Assembly: GCA_963652365.1 (NCBI GenBank)
Contig: CAVJTH010000001.1
Span: 62,760-126,759, forward strand
Length of the DNA stretch: 64,000 bases
Direction: 5' to 3'
Source: Senegalimassilia sp.
GTDB taxonomy: Bacteria > Fibrobacterota > Fibrobacteria > Fibrobacterales > Fibrobacteraceae
The stretch's first letter is position 1, and each line of letters starts with the position of its first letter. Under the pieces are notes generated by a model that searched no databases, was not told the DNA's origin, and saw only the letters and a program-made list of their open reading frames with translations. Of the stretch, positions 39,670 through 48,071 are shown piece after piece. Position numbers and translations under genes: made by a program.

Positions 39670-40071
39670 AATTTCTTTTGTGAATTCCTGAATAGAAAGA
39701 ACCGCAACAACAGGAAAATCAATTTGTTTTAACGCTTCGAAATGATGGTCGTTTGAAACGATATATTCGGCCATTCCGCAAATCGCACAATCTACAAATT
39801 TGTTGTCGTCAGGGTCTTTTGAAATCAGATTGAATCGCCAGGTCGGGTTGATTCGTACAAGATTTGGACGGTTTATCAGAGATTCCAGCAAAATGGAGGC
39901 GAAACGGCTCGAAATTTTTTGCGAAATGATTTCTTCGTATTCAAAAAGGATTTCCGAAGAAACGCAAATTCCCAAATGTCCTTCTAAAAAGTCACTCCAA
40001 ATGGCATGATATGGGCTTTTTGAAGGAAGGCACATCAGCAGGCAGTTCGTATCGAGACAAATACGTCGCAT
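39652..40071 (-). CDS. PIN-domain toxin (toxin-antitoxin system)
   Basis: 139 aa. ICLDTNCLL supplies the first acidic residue, followed by DPDDNKF and SNDHHF, the PIN/TIGR00305-like pattern. A small upstream partner gene lies 2 nt away. Confidence 0.8.
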   Translation of the reverse strand: MRRICLDTNCLLMCLPSKSPYHAIWSDFLEGHLGICVSSEILFEYEEIISQKISSRFASILLESLINRPNLVRINPTWRFNLISKDPDDNKFVDCAICGMAEYIVSNDHHFEALKQIDFPVVAVLSIQEFTKEISEKSE

Positions 40072-40073
40072 GG

Positions 40074-40301
40074 CTATGCCTTAGAATAAGGTATCCGCCA
40101 ATGTTCTTTTCCGATTCGATCGATGGCTTCTGCGTCTAGCACTCCTTGATTCCAGAGTGCATCTGCTTCGGTTTGAAGCTTTTTTGCGTAGTAATCCGCA
40201 AGGATAGCTTTTAAATCTTGCAAAGTTTCTGCATCTTTGCAATAGGAAAACATCTCCAAAATGTGAATCTGTGTTGGATTCAGTGTCTGAGAAATGGACA
40301 T
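40074..40301 (-). CDS. putative cognate antitoxin (75 aa)
   Basis: Small ORF immediately upstream of the PIN gene. Assigned on operon logic only. Confidence 0.5.
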   Translation of the reverse strand: MSISQTLNPTQIHILEMFSYCKDAETLQDLKAILADYYAKKLQTEADALWNQGVLDAEAIDRIGKEHWRIPYSKA

Positions 40302-40352
40302 ATAAACCTCGTTATGAATATAAATAATTATGGAGAGAAAAAAAACGAATTT

Positions 40353-40541
40353 TCAAAGCCTCTTGAACCACTTTAAAAACACGGGATCGGTCATGTAGAG
40401 TCCGTCCTTTCGGAGCTCGACAAGTTCCTTGTCGACAAGGACTTTCTTGATGCGGGCGATGCTTGACTTTGTTCCGAACGAAAATCTTTCCATTTTGAAC
40501 CTTGGTTTCAGTTGGCATTGTCTTTTGTTAGTTCTCAACAT
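40353..40541 (-). pseudogene. C-terminal remnant of an ATP-binding (archaeal-type AAA / DUF234-like) protein
   Basis: Only about 60 aa remain. IARIKKVLVDKELVELRKDGLYMTDPVFLKWFKRL resembles the wHTH C-terminal tail of that family. No ATPase domain lies upstream. Confidence 0.45.
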
Positions 40542-40764
40542 GGTGAACGAAAAAGTTCACAAGGTTGTGGACCACAGGTTTGTGAACTTCTTAATGCCGG
40601 ATTTGCGCAATGGAGAATGTTTGGTTGTGGTTTAAATCGGAAATCGCATTCTGACAAGTTAACGGTTCTGCCGGATGCTTTTCCGCGCGCCGTGTCTGCC
40701 GTTTGTCCACATTTTTTCTATATTCTTCACATCGATTTTTACACTCTAACCAAAAGGCAAAAAT

Positions 40765-42135
40765 ATGGCTGCTAAAATCAAGTCTGTTGTGGCTCGTCAG
40801 ATCCTGGATTCCCGCGGAAATCCGACTGTCGAAGCGATCGTCACCCTCGAATCCGGCGTTGAAGGCGTCGCGAAGGTCCCGAGCGGCGCTTCTACCGGCG
40901 AACGCGAAGCCTGCGAACTCCGCGACGGTGGCAAGGCGTATTGCGGCAAGGGCACGACCAAGGCCGTGAAGAACGTGAACGAAAAGATCGCGAAGAAGAT
41001 CGCCGGCATGGACGCTTTCGACCAGAAGGGCGTTGACGATGCGATGATCGAGCTCGACGGCGACCGTATGCACAAGGACACTCTCGGGGCGAACGCGATT
41101 CTCGCCGTTTCGATGGCTGTCTGCGTTGCCGCCGCGAAGGAAGCCGGCATGCCGCTTTACCAGTATATCGCGAAGCTCCACGGAACAAAGAAGATGACCC
41201 TTCCGTGCCCGATGTGCAACGTGATCAACGGCGGTGCGCATTCCTCCGCTCCGATCGACTTCCAGGAATTCATGATCGCTCCGGTCGGCGCGAAGACCTT
41301 TGCGAAGGGCCTCCAGATGGTGACGGAAATCTTCCACGCCCTGAAGAGCGTCCTCAAGAAGGGCGGCTACGAGACGACCGTCGGCGACGAAGGCGGATTC
41401 GCTCCGGGCGTTGCCATCAAGAAGGATCCGAAGAACAAGTTCGGCTGGAAGATCACCGGCGTGATGACTCTCGAAAAGGCTCTGACCGCTCTCAAGGATG
41501 CGACCGAAGCTGCCGGTTACAAGTTCGGCAAGGACATCAAGATCGCTCTCGACGTCGCTTCTTCCGAATTCTGCGACAAGAAGATCAAGGACAAGTGGGA
41601 CAAGGGCGAAACCTACACGTTCAAGAAGTCCTCGGGCAAGACGTTCAAGGGTGCCCAGCTCGTCAAGTACTATGAAAAGCTCGTCGACAAGTTCTCCATC
41701 TTCTCCATCGAAGACGGTCTCGACGAACATGACTGGGCCGGCTGGAAGGTGCTCACCGAAGATCTCGGCAAGAAGATCAACCTGGTCGGCGACGATCTGT
41801 TCGTGACGAATCCGACGATCTTCAACGAAGGCATCGAAGCGGGCATCGCGAACGCGATCCTCATCAAGGTGAACCAGGTCGGTTCCATCTCCGAAACTCT
41901 CGAAGCGATCAAGACCGCCCAGGAAAAGGGCTACGCCCCGATCGTTTCTCACCGTTCCGGCGAAACCGAAGATACGTTCATCGCGGATCTCGCTGTCGGC
42001 ACCGCCGCAGGCCAGATCAAGACCGGCTCGCTCTCCCGCACGGACCGCGTTTGCAAGTACAACCGCCTTCTCGCAATCGAAGCGGAACTTGGCAAGAATG
42101 CCGTCTATGCCGGCGATCCGCGCAAGAACAAGTAA
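40765..42135 (+). CDS. eno: enolase (456 aa, with insertion after GGFAP)
   Basis: [45 protein letters not shown]. Confidence 0.95.
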   Translation: MAAKIKSVVARQILDSRGNPTVEAIVTLESGVEGVAKVPSGASTGEREACELRDGGKAYCGKGTTKAVKNVNEKIAKKIAGMDAFDQKGVDDAMIELDGDRMHKDTLGANAILAVSMAVCVAAAKEAGMPLYQYIAKLHGTKKMTLPCPMCNVINGGAHSSAPIDFQEFMIAPVGAKTFAKGLQMVTEIFHALKSVLKKGGYETTVGDEGGFAPGVAIKKDPKNKFGWKITGVMTLEKALTALKDATEAAGYKFGKDIKIALDVASSEFCDKKIKDKWDKGETYTFKKSSGKTFKGAQLVKYYEKLVDKFSIFSIEDGLDEHDWAGWKVLTEDLGKKINLVGDDLFVTNPTIFNEGIEAGIANAILIKVNQVGSISETLEAIKTAQEKGYAPIVSHRSGETEDTFIADLAVGTAAGQIKTGSLSRTDRVCKYNRLLAIEAELGKNAVYAGDPRKNK

Positions 42136-42154
42136 TCGAAAGTTTTCGTGAAGA

Positions 42155-42183
42155 AAGGTTCCTCTTTTGGGGAACCTTTTTTT
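42155..42183 (+). terminator. intrinsic terminator after eno
   Basis: aaggttcc-tcttttgg-ggaacctt followed by TTTTT. Confidence 0.75.
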
Positions 42184-42221
42184 GCCTGGAACCGTATTTG
42201 TTCCCATAAAGGATGAAAAAA

Positions 42222-42261
42222 AATTTACATCGGATGCATTGTCGCAAAACAAATGTAAATT
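42222..42261. promoter_or_regulatory. operator-like inverted repeat upstream of the ABC importer operon
   Basis: AATTTACAT-N22-ATGTAAATT, perfect 9-bp arms. It lies 57 nt upstream of the SBP gene start. Confidence 0.3.
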
Positions 42262-42317
42262 ATGCACGTCAAGTTTAAACTGGACTTTCTTGTGCCGAAA
42301 AATCAAGAGGACTATAG

Positions 42318-44195
42318 ATGAATTGTTTAAAAACGATCGCCAGAGGCTCGGTCGCCTTGTCGGCGTGTTTTGGCGTTTTGGTCGGCTGTTCCGGAGGTTC
42401 CGATGGCGCCGAAACGGCTTCCGATTCCTTGCCGAGAGAAGAAACTCTGTATCTTTCCGGCCAGCAGTGGGGGACGCCTTCGTCTTTCAACCCGCTTTCC
42501 GAAAGCTGGAGCTCGGCGTGGCCTGTCAGCGGTCGCTTCAACCTGATGTATGAACCGCTGATCACGTATAACACGCTGAACGGCCAGATGGAACCCTTGC
42601 TCGGCACGCTCGTCGATAGTCTCAGCAACAACGACAGCATCGTGGTCGATTTGAACCCGAATGCGAAGTGGAGCGACGGCGTTCCCGTTTCGGCGAAGGA
42701 CGTGAAGTTCATCTTTGAACTGGGGCATCACTATTCGGGCGTCGCCGTCAATACGTCGGAACAGATTACGGGCGTGAACGTCCAGAAAATCGCCGCGGTC
42801 AATGCTGCCGGCGATTCCGTCGAGCTCGAACGCCTTTCCTTCATGGTCAACAAGAATGGGCGCAACAATCCGCTTTCCATCAAGGACCTCCTGCAGGCTA
42901 TCCGTATCGTTCCGGAGCACATTTTCAGCAAGCTGATCGCGGAACACGGAAATTCCGTCGAAGAAGTGAAAAAGCTCAAGCTGGACGTGAACCCGGCGGA
43001 CGGCAAGGCTCCGGTCGTTTCCGGTCCGTACAATCTCGCCGGATATTCGACGACGAAGATCATCTTGCAGCGTCGCGACGATTACTGGGGAAATGCCGCG
43101 ATGCACGAAGGCAAGCTGCCCGCTCCGAAGTACATCGTCCACCCGATCTACAAGTCGAACGAGCACAGCACGATTGCGCTGCGCGACGGGTCGCTCGACG
43201 CTTCCATGAGCTTCGTGCCGCGTATCTGGCACAAGGCCGGTGCGGGAGTCCATGCGTGGCTCGACGAGCCGCCTTACTTCGCTCCGGGCGCAATGCCGAT
43301 GATGATGGTGAACATGCTTCGTCCGCCTCTCGACAACAAGTATTTCCGTCGGGCCATTGCCACGGCGATCGACTATGCGGCGATTCGCCAGTTTGCCGTG
43401 TCGAACTACACGTCCGAGCTCAAGCCGGGACTTGTCATGCCGACAGCCATCGAAGGCAAGTATATCGACGAGGAAGATTGCGCCAGGTATGGCGTGAAGC
43501 TGAATCTTTCCGGGCAGGAACGGATCGATTCCGTCCAGGCCCTGCTCAAGCTTGCGGGCTACAAGTCCGTGTTCAACGAAGATGGGACGCTTGACCACAT
43601 GGAAAACGAAAAGGGTGAACGCGTCAAGACGATGTTCATCACCAGCCCGAACGGCTGGACGGACTGGGAAGCGATGGTGACGATTGCCGTCGAAAGCCTG
43701 CGCAAGGCCGGTCTCGATATCCGCGAAGGCTTTGTGGATGGCGGTTCCTACTGGCCGGCGATGGGCCAGGGCAACTTTGACCTGGTGATGCACAAGCCGC
43801 AGGCGGACGTGACGCCGTCTCTTCCGTGGAGCCGCTTCAACGAAGTGATGTCTTCGCGCGACTGGGCGCCTCTCGGAAGCTGGGCCGGTACGAATATCGG
43901 ACGTTACAACAAGCCGGGAACTCCGGAATACCGTCCCGAAGTCGATAGCCTTCTCGCTCACGTGCCTCTGATGACGGACGAGGACTCGATCGCCTCCGCC
44001 TATCGCACGCTCAACCGCATCTTCATGGAAGACCAGGTGTCGATTCCGCTCGCCTACCTGCCGGAACAGTATTACGAATATAGCGAACGCGTCTGGACGA
44101 ACTGGCCGAACGCCAAGAATCCGTATGCGCCGCAGCAGCTTCCGTGGATTGCTTACGGTACGAACATCCTCTGGAATTTAAAGCTCAGAAAATAA
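42318..44195 (+). CDS. ABC transporter substrate-binding lipoprotein, family 5 (Opp/Dpp/Nik type)
   Basis: 625 aa with lipobox VLVGC. Family-5 size, and followed by two permease and two ATPase genes. Confidence 0.8.
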   Translation: MNCLKTIARGSVALSACFGVLVGCSGGSDGAETASDSLPREETLYLSGQQWGTPSSFNPLSESWSSAWPVSGRFNLMYEPLITYNTLNGQMEPLLGTLVDSLSNNDSIVVDLNPNAKWSDGVPVSAKDVKFIFELGHHYSGVAVNTSEQITGVNVQKIAAVNAAGDSVELERLSFMVNKNGRNNPLSIKDLLQAIRIVPEHIFSKLIAEHGNSVEEVKKLKLDVNPADGKAPVVSGPYNLAGYSTTKIILQRRDDYWGNAAMHEGKLPAPKYIVHPIYKSNEHSTIALRDGSLDASMSFVPRIWHKAGAGVHAWLDEPPYFAPGAMPMMMVNMLRPPLDNKYFRRAIATAIDYAAIRQFAVSNYTSELKPGLVMPTAIEGKYIDEEDCARYGVKLNLSGQERIDSVQALLKLAGYKSVFNEDGTLDHMENEKGERVKTMFITSPNGWTDWEAMVTIAVESLRKAGLDIREGFVDGGSYWPAMGQGNFDLVMHKPQADVTPSLPWSRFNEVMSSRDWAPLGSWAGTNIGRYNKPGTPEYRPEVDSLLAHVPLMTDEDSIASAYRTLNRIFMEDQVSIPLAYLPEQYYEYSERVWTNWPNAKNPYAPQQLPWIAYGTNILWNLKLRK

Positions 44196-44204
44196 GGACG
44201 GACA

Positions 44205-45338
44205 ATGCTGAAACAATATCCCACACTTCGTTATGTCCTGCAAAAGGGTTTTTGGTATTTCCTGACATTTATTGTCGCAATCGCCATCAACTTCGCTCTT
44301 CCGAGACTCGGGGAAAACAACCCGGTCGATATCGTCATGGGCAAGGCCGCCCAGGGACTTTCTCCGGAAGAGGCGATGCAGAAAAAGGAAACCCTGCTCA
44401 AGGCTTTCGGCATGGCAGAACTCTCCGACGAGGGGAATGTCATCTATGACACGGTCGCGGTGCTCGATGCGACCGGGAAGCCCGTGCTCGACGAGAACTC
44501 GAATCCGAAGACGGAAGCAAAGCCGCGCCTCGCTTCGGGATTTTCGCAGTTCGTGTCCTACGTGATCAATGTCTTCCATGGAGACTTTGGGCTTTCCTAC
44601 AGCCAGTATCCGAAGCCCGTTCTCGAAATCATCAAGGAATCGCTTCCGTGGACGCTCGCTATCCAGTTCCCGACAATCGTTCTCGGCTGGATCTTCGGCA
44701 ACCTGCTCGGAGCCTATGCCGCCTACAAGCGCGGAATCTTCGACAAGGTCTTCTTCCCCGTGGCGATGTTCCTGAACGGAATTCCCTACTTTGTTTTCGG
44801 CATGCTTCTCGTTGCGCTGTTCTCGATCACGCTCGGATGGTTCCCGGCGATGAACGCTTACGGCATGGACGTGATTCCTGGATTCAACTGGGCGTTCATC
44901 AAGTCTGTCGGATTCTACTACGTTCTCCCGTTCTTCTCCTGCTTCCCGATTCTCGCTTCGGGACAGGCGACCGGCATGCGTTCCATGGCCATCTACGAAC
45001 TCGGAACGGATTACATGAAGTATGCGAAGTGGCTTGGTCTTCGTGAAGGAAAGATCATCGGCTACGTATTCCGCAACGCGATGCTTCCGCAGCTTACCGG
45101 TCTCGCCCAGTCTCTGGGCGCGATGGTCGGCGGAGCCCTCATCACCGAAATGATTTTCTCTTATCCGGGACTTGGCATGGCGATGCTCACCGCTATCCAG
45201 CAGAACGACTATGCGACGATTCAGGGCTGCACGCTCATGATTTCTACCTGCGTCCTGCTCGCCAACTTCCTCGTGGATATCCTGATCGCCGTCTTTGACC
45301 CGCGCGTCAAGGCCGGTTTGCAGATGGGAGGTAAATAA
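44205..45338 (+). CDS. ABC transporter permease (OppB/DppB type)
   Basis: 377 aa polytopic protein. Second gene of the operon. Confidence 0.85.
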   Translation: MLKQYPTLRYVLQKGFWYFLTFIVAIAINFALPRLGENNPVDIVMGKAAQGLSPEEAMQKKETLLKAFGMAELSDEGNVIYDTVAVLDATGKPVLDENSNPKTEAKPRLASGFSQFVSYVINVFHGDFGLSYSQYPKPVLEIIKESLPWTLAIQFPTIVLGWIFGNLLGAYAAYKRGIFDKVFFPVAMFLNGIPYFVFGMLLVALFSITLGWFPAMNAYGMDVIPGFNWAFIKSVGFYYVLPFFSCFPILASGQATGMRSMAIYELGTDYMKYAKWLGLREGKIIGYVFRNAMLPQLTGLAQSLGAMVGGALITEMIFSYPGLGMAMLTAIQQNDYATIQGCTLMISTCVLLANFLVDILIAVFDPRVKAGLQMGGK

Positions 45339-45339
45339 C

Positions 45340-46185
45340 ATGTTGAAACTTCTCAAGAACCTCATGAAGTCGCCGATGTTCGTTATCGGTGTCGCAATCT
45401 TCTTCCTGTCGCTTTTTGTCGCGATCTTTGGACCTCTCTTTTACAACGTCGATATCAATGCGCGCGACATTGTGGCCGGACCTTACGCTCCGTCAAGTGC
45501 GGAACATCTCCTGGGAACGGACCATCTGGGTCGCGACTACGTGTCGCTTCTGATCGCCGGTCTCCGCAGCTCTCTGTATGTGGGCCTGATCGCTGGCGTC
45601 ATCGCGACGACGATTGGCGTCTTTATCGGGCTTTTCGGCGGATTCCGCGGCGGCTGGATCGATGAAATCCTGAACATGGGAACGAACCTGTTCATCGTGA
45701 TTCCGCAGTTCGTGATTCTCGTTCTCATCAGCTCGGCGGTCAAGGAAGGGCGTTCGCTTACGCTCATCGGCCTCATCATCGGTCTCACGTCGTGGAGCTG
45801 GTCGGCTCGTGCCGTGCGCGCCCAGGCCTCTTCGCTCAGAAGCCGCGATCACATCGCGCTCGCGCGGATGAACGGAGCCGGCTCCCTGAAGATTGTCGTC
45901 AAGCATGTCTTGCCGTATCTGCTTTCCTATGTGTTCATGGTCTTCATCATGCAGGTCTCTTCGGGAATTCTTTCGGAGGCTTCCATTTCGATGATCGGTC
46001 TCGGTCCTCTGGATTCCACGTCGCTCGGCATCATCCTGAACCAGGCGAAGGACAACGGAGCGCTTTCGGACAGCATCTGGATTGCATTCCTCCCGGCAAC
46101 GCTCGTCATCACCTTGACCGTGTTTGCGCTGTATCTTATCAATACGTCGATGGAAGGCGTATTCAACCCGCGTCTTCGCAAGTAA
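45340..46185 (+). CDS. ABC transporter permease (OppC/DppC type)
   Basis: Uses internal ATG45340, 1 nt after the upstream stop. 281 aa polytopic protein. Confidence 0.85.
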   Translation: MLKLLKNLMKSPMFVIGVAIFFLSLFVAIFGPLFYNVDINARDIVAGPYAPSSAEHLLGTDHLGRDYVSLLIAGLRSSLYVGLIAGVIATTIGVFIGLFGGFRGGWIDEILNMGTNLFIVIPQFVILVLISSAVKEGRSLTLIGLIIGLTSWSWSARAVRAQASSLRSRDHIALARMNGAGSLKIVVKHVLPYLLSYVFMVFIMQVSSGILSEASISMIGLGPLDSTSLGIILNQAKDNGALSDSIWIAFLPATLVITLTVFALYLINTSMEGVFNPRLRK

Positions 46186-46194
46186 GAGGTAGCC

Positions 46195-47193
46195 ATGTCA
46201 GACAATGTTTTTGAAGTAGAACACCTGAGCCTCTATTATCTCGGACGTTTTGGAGACAAGACGCATGCCGTGACGGATGTTTCCTTTTCGATGAAACAGG
46301 GCGAAATCCTGGGTATCGCCGGGGAATCGGGCTGCGGAAAATCGACCCTCGTGAGCGGTCTGATGGGAATGTGCATTCCGCCGCTCTACCCGGAAAACGG
46401 CGATGTCCGCGTCAAGAACGGCGACAGGATGGAATCGCTGATGAACCGTTCCATCGAAGACATCCGCGCGAACGTTCTCGCCCAGAAAGTATCCATGATT
46501 CCGCAGGGTGCGTTCAACGCGCTGAATCCGGTTCGCAAGATCAAGGATATCGCGGCAGATGTCATCGCGGCGCACACGCAGCCGGGCAAGTCCCTCGACA
46601 AGAAGGAAATCTACGATCGCCTGTGCGAACGCTTCGACCTGTTCGGAATGGACACGAAGCGCGTCCTGAACTCGTTCCCCATCCAGCTGACCGCCGGTGA
46701 ACGCCAGCGTTCCGTGATCGGGATTTCGACGCTTCTCAATCCGCAGATGGTGATCGCCGACGAGCCGACGTCCGCGCTCGACGTTTCCACGCAGAAGGAA
46801 GTCATCAAGATGATCTTCGACCTTCTCGACAAGGGAATCTTCTCGACGATGATCTTTATCACGCACGAGCTTCCGCTTCTCTACCATGTCGCGGACAACA
46901 TCGCGATCATGTATGCGGGTGAAATCGTGGAAAAGGGAACCGCGGAACAGGTCGTGAAGGATCCGCGCCATCCCTACACCAAGGCCTTGATGGGAGCCAT
47001 GCTCAGCACGGAAGCGAGCCAGCGTACCCGTCACCCGGTCGCGATCGAAGGCGCTCCGCCAAGTCTCAAGAACAAGATCGCGGGCTGCCGCTTCGCTCCG
47101 CGTTGCAAGGTGGCATGCGAAGACTGCAAGAAAAATGCCCAGAACCTCCGCGTTGTCGGCGGTCGTGATGTGAGGTGCGATTATGCAAACTGA
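46195..47193 (+). CDS. ABC transporter ATP-binding protein (OppD/DppD type)
   Basis: Walker A GESGCGKST, Walker B VIADEPTSALD and a C-terminal Cys-rich oligopeptide-type extension. Confidence 0.9.
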   Translation: MSDNVFEVEHLSLYYLGRFGDKTHAVTDVSFSMKQGEILGIAGESGCGKSTLVSGLMGMCIPPLYPENGDVRVKNGDRMESLMNRSIEDIRANVLAQKVSMIPQGAFNALNPVRKIKDIAADVIAAHTQPGKSLDKKEIYDRLCERFDLFGMDTKRVLNSFPIQLTAGERQRSVIGISTLLNPQMVIADEPTSALDVSTQKEVIKMIFDLLDKGIFSTMIFITHELPLLYHVADNIAIMYAGEIVEKGTAEQVVKDPRHPYTKALMGAMLSTEASQRTRHPVAIEGAPPSLKNKIAGCRFAPRCKVACEDCKKNAQNLRVVGGRDVRCDYAN

Positions 47194-48022
47194 TAAGGCT
47201 GTCGTTTTTTCCGCTCGGAACATCTCCAAGGAGTTTGGCGCGGGCAAGAACCTGAAAGTCGCCGTAAGCGACGTCTCGTTCGACATCTACGACGAAGAGT
47301 TCATTTCGATCGTGGGCGGTTCGGGCTGCGGCAAGTCCGTCTTGGCGAAGATCATGCTCGGCCTTTACAAGCCGACGCACGGTGAATTTCTCTATCGCGG
47401 ACACGAGATCAAGAACCTGAAGTCTCATTGGAACGAAGTCCAGTCGGTGTTCCAGGATCCGTTCGGCTGCTTCAACCAGTTCTTCACGATTCGTTCCCAG
47501 CTCGAAGACGCCTTGAACATTCTCAAGGACAAGCCATCGAAGGAAGAGATACGCCGTCGCGTCGATGAAGGGCTTCTCGCGGTGAATGTCACCCCGGCGG
47601 ACATCGAGGGAAAGTATCCGTTCGAACTTTCGGGTGGACAGATGCAGCGTATGCTGCTCGCCCGGATCTTTGCGCTCCGCCCGAAGGTCCTGATTGCCGA
47701 CGAAGCGACTTCGATGGTCGATGCCTGCGTCCGCGCGAACATTCTCGACTATCTCCGCAAGCTGAAGGACCAGCTCAAGATGACGGTCGTCTTTGTGACG
47801 CACGACATCGGGCTTGCGAACTACGTAAGCGACCGGATCTTCATCATGCACGAAGGCAAGATCGTGAACCAGGGAACGCCTGCCGAAGTTCTCGACCATA
47901 CGACGGAACCGAATACGCTCCGCCTGCTCGACGACATTCCCGAAGTGCACAAGGACGAGTGGATTCCGAACAGCCACCGTTCCAAGAAGCACCAGGCGGA
48001 AGTGGCAAGTTCGCAGGGCTGA
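47183..48022 (+). CDS. ABC transporter ATP-binding protein (OppF/DppF type)
   Basis: Walker A GGSGCGKS, signature LSGGQMQR, Walker B LIADEATSMVD. Confidence 0.9.
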   Translation: MQTDKAVVFSARNISKEFGAGKNLKVAVSDVSFDIYDEEFISIVGGSGCGKSVLAKIMLGLYKPTHGEFLYRGHEIKNLKSHWNEVQSVFQDPFGCFNQFFTIRSQLEDALNILKDKPSKEEIRRRVDEGLLAVNVTPADIEGKYPFELSGGQMQRMLLARIFALRPKVLIADEATSMVDACVRANILDYLRKLKDQLKMTVVFVTHDIGLANYVSDRIFIMHEGKIVNQGTPAEVLDHTTEPNTLRLLDDIPEVHKDEWIPNSHRSKKHQAEVASSQG

Positions 48023-48038
48023 TCCAAGTCTTTAATCG

Positions 48039-48062
48039 AGCCCGGTTTCGACCGGGCTTTTT
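48039..48062 (+). terminator. intrinsic terminator after the ABC importer operon
   Basis: agcccggt-ttcg-accgggct, an 8-bp stem with a UUCG tetraloop, followed by TTTTT. Confidence 0.8.
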
Positions 48063-48071
48063 GATGCGCCG

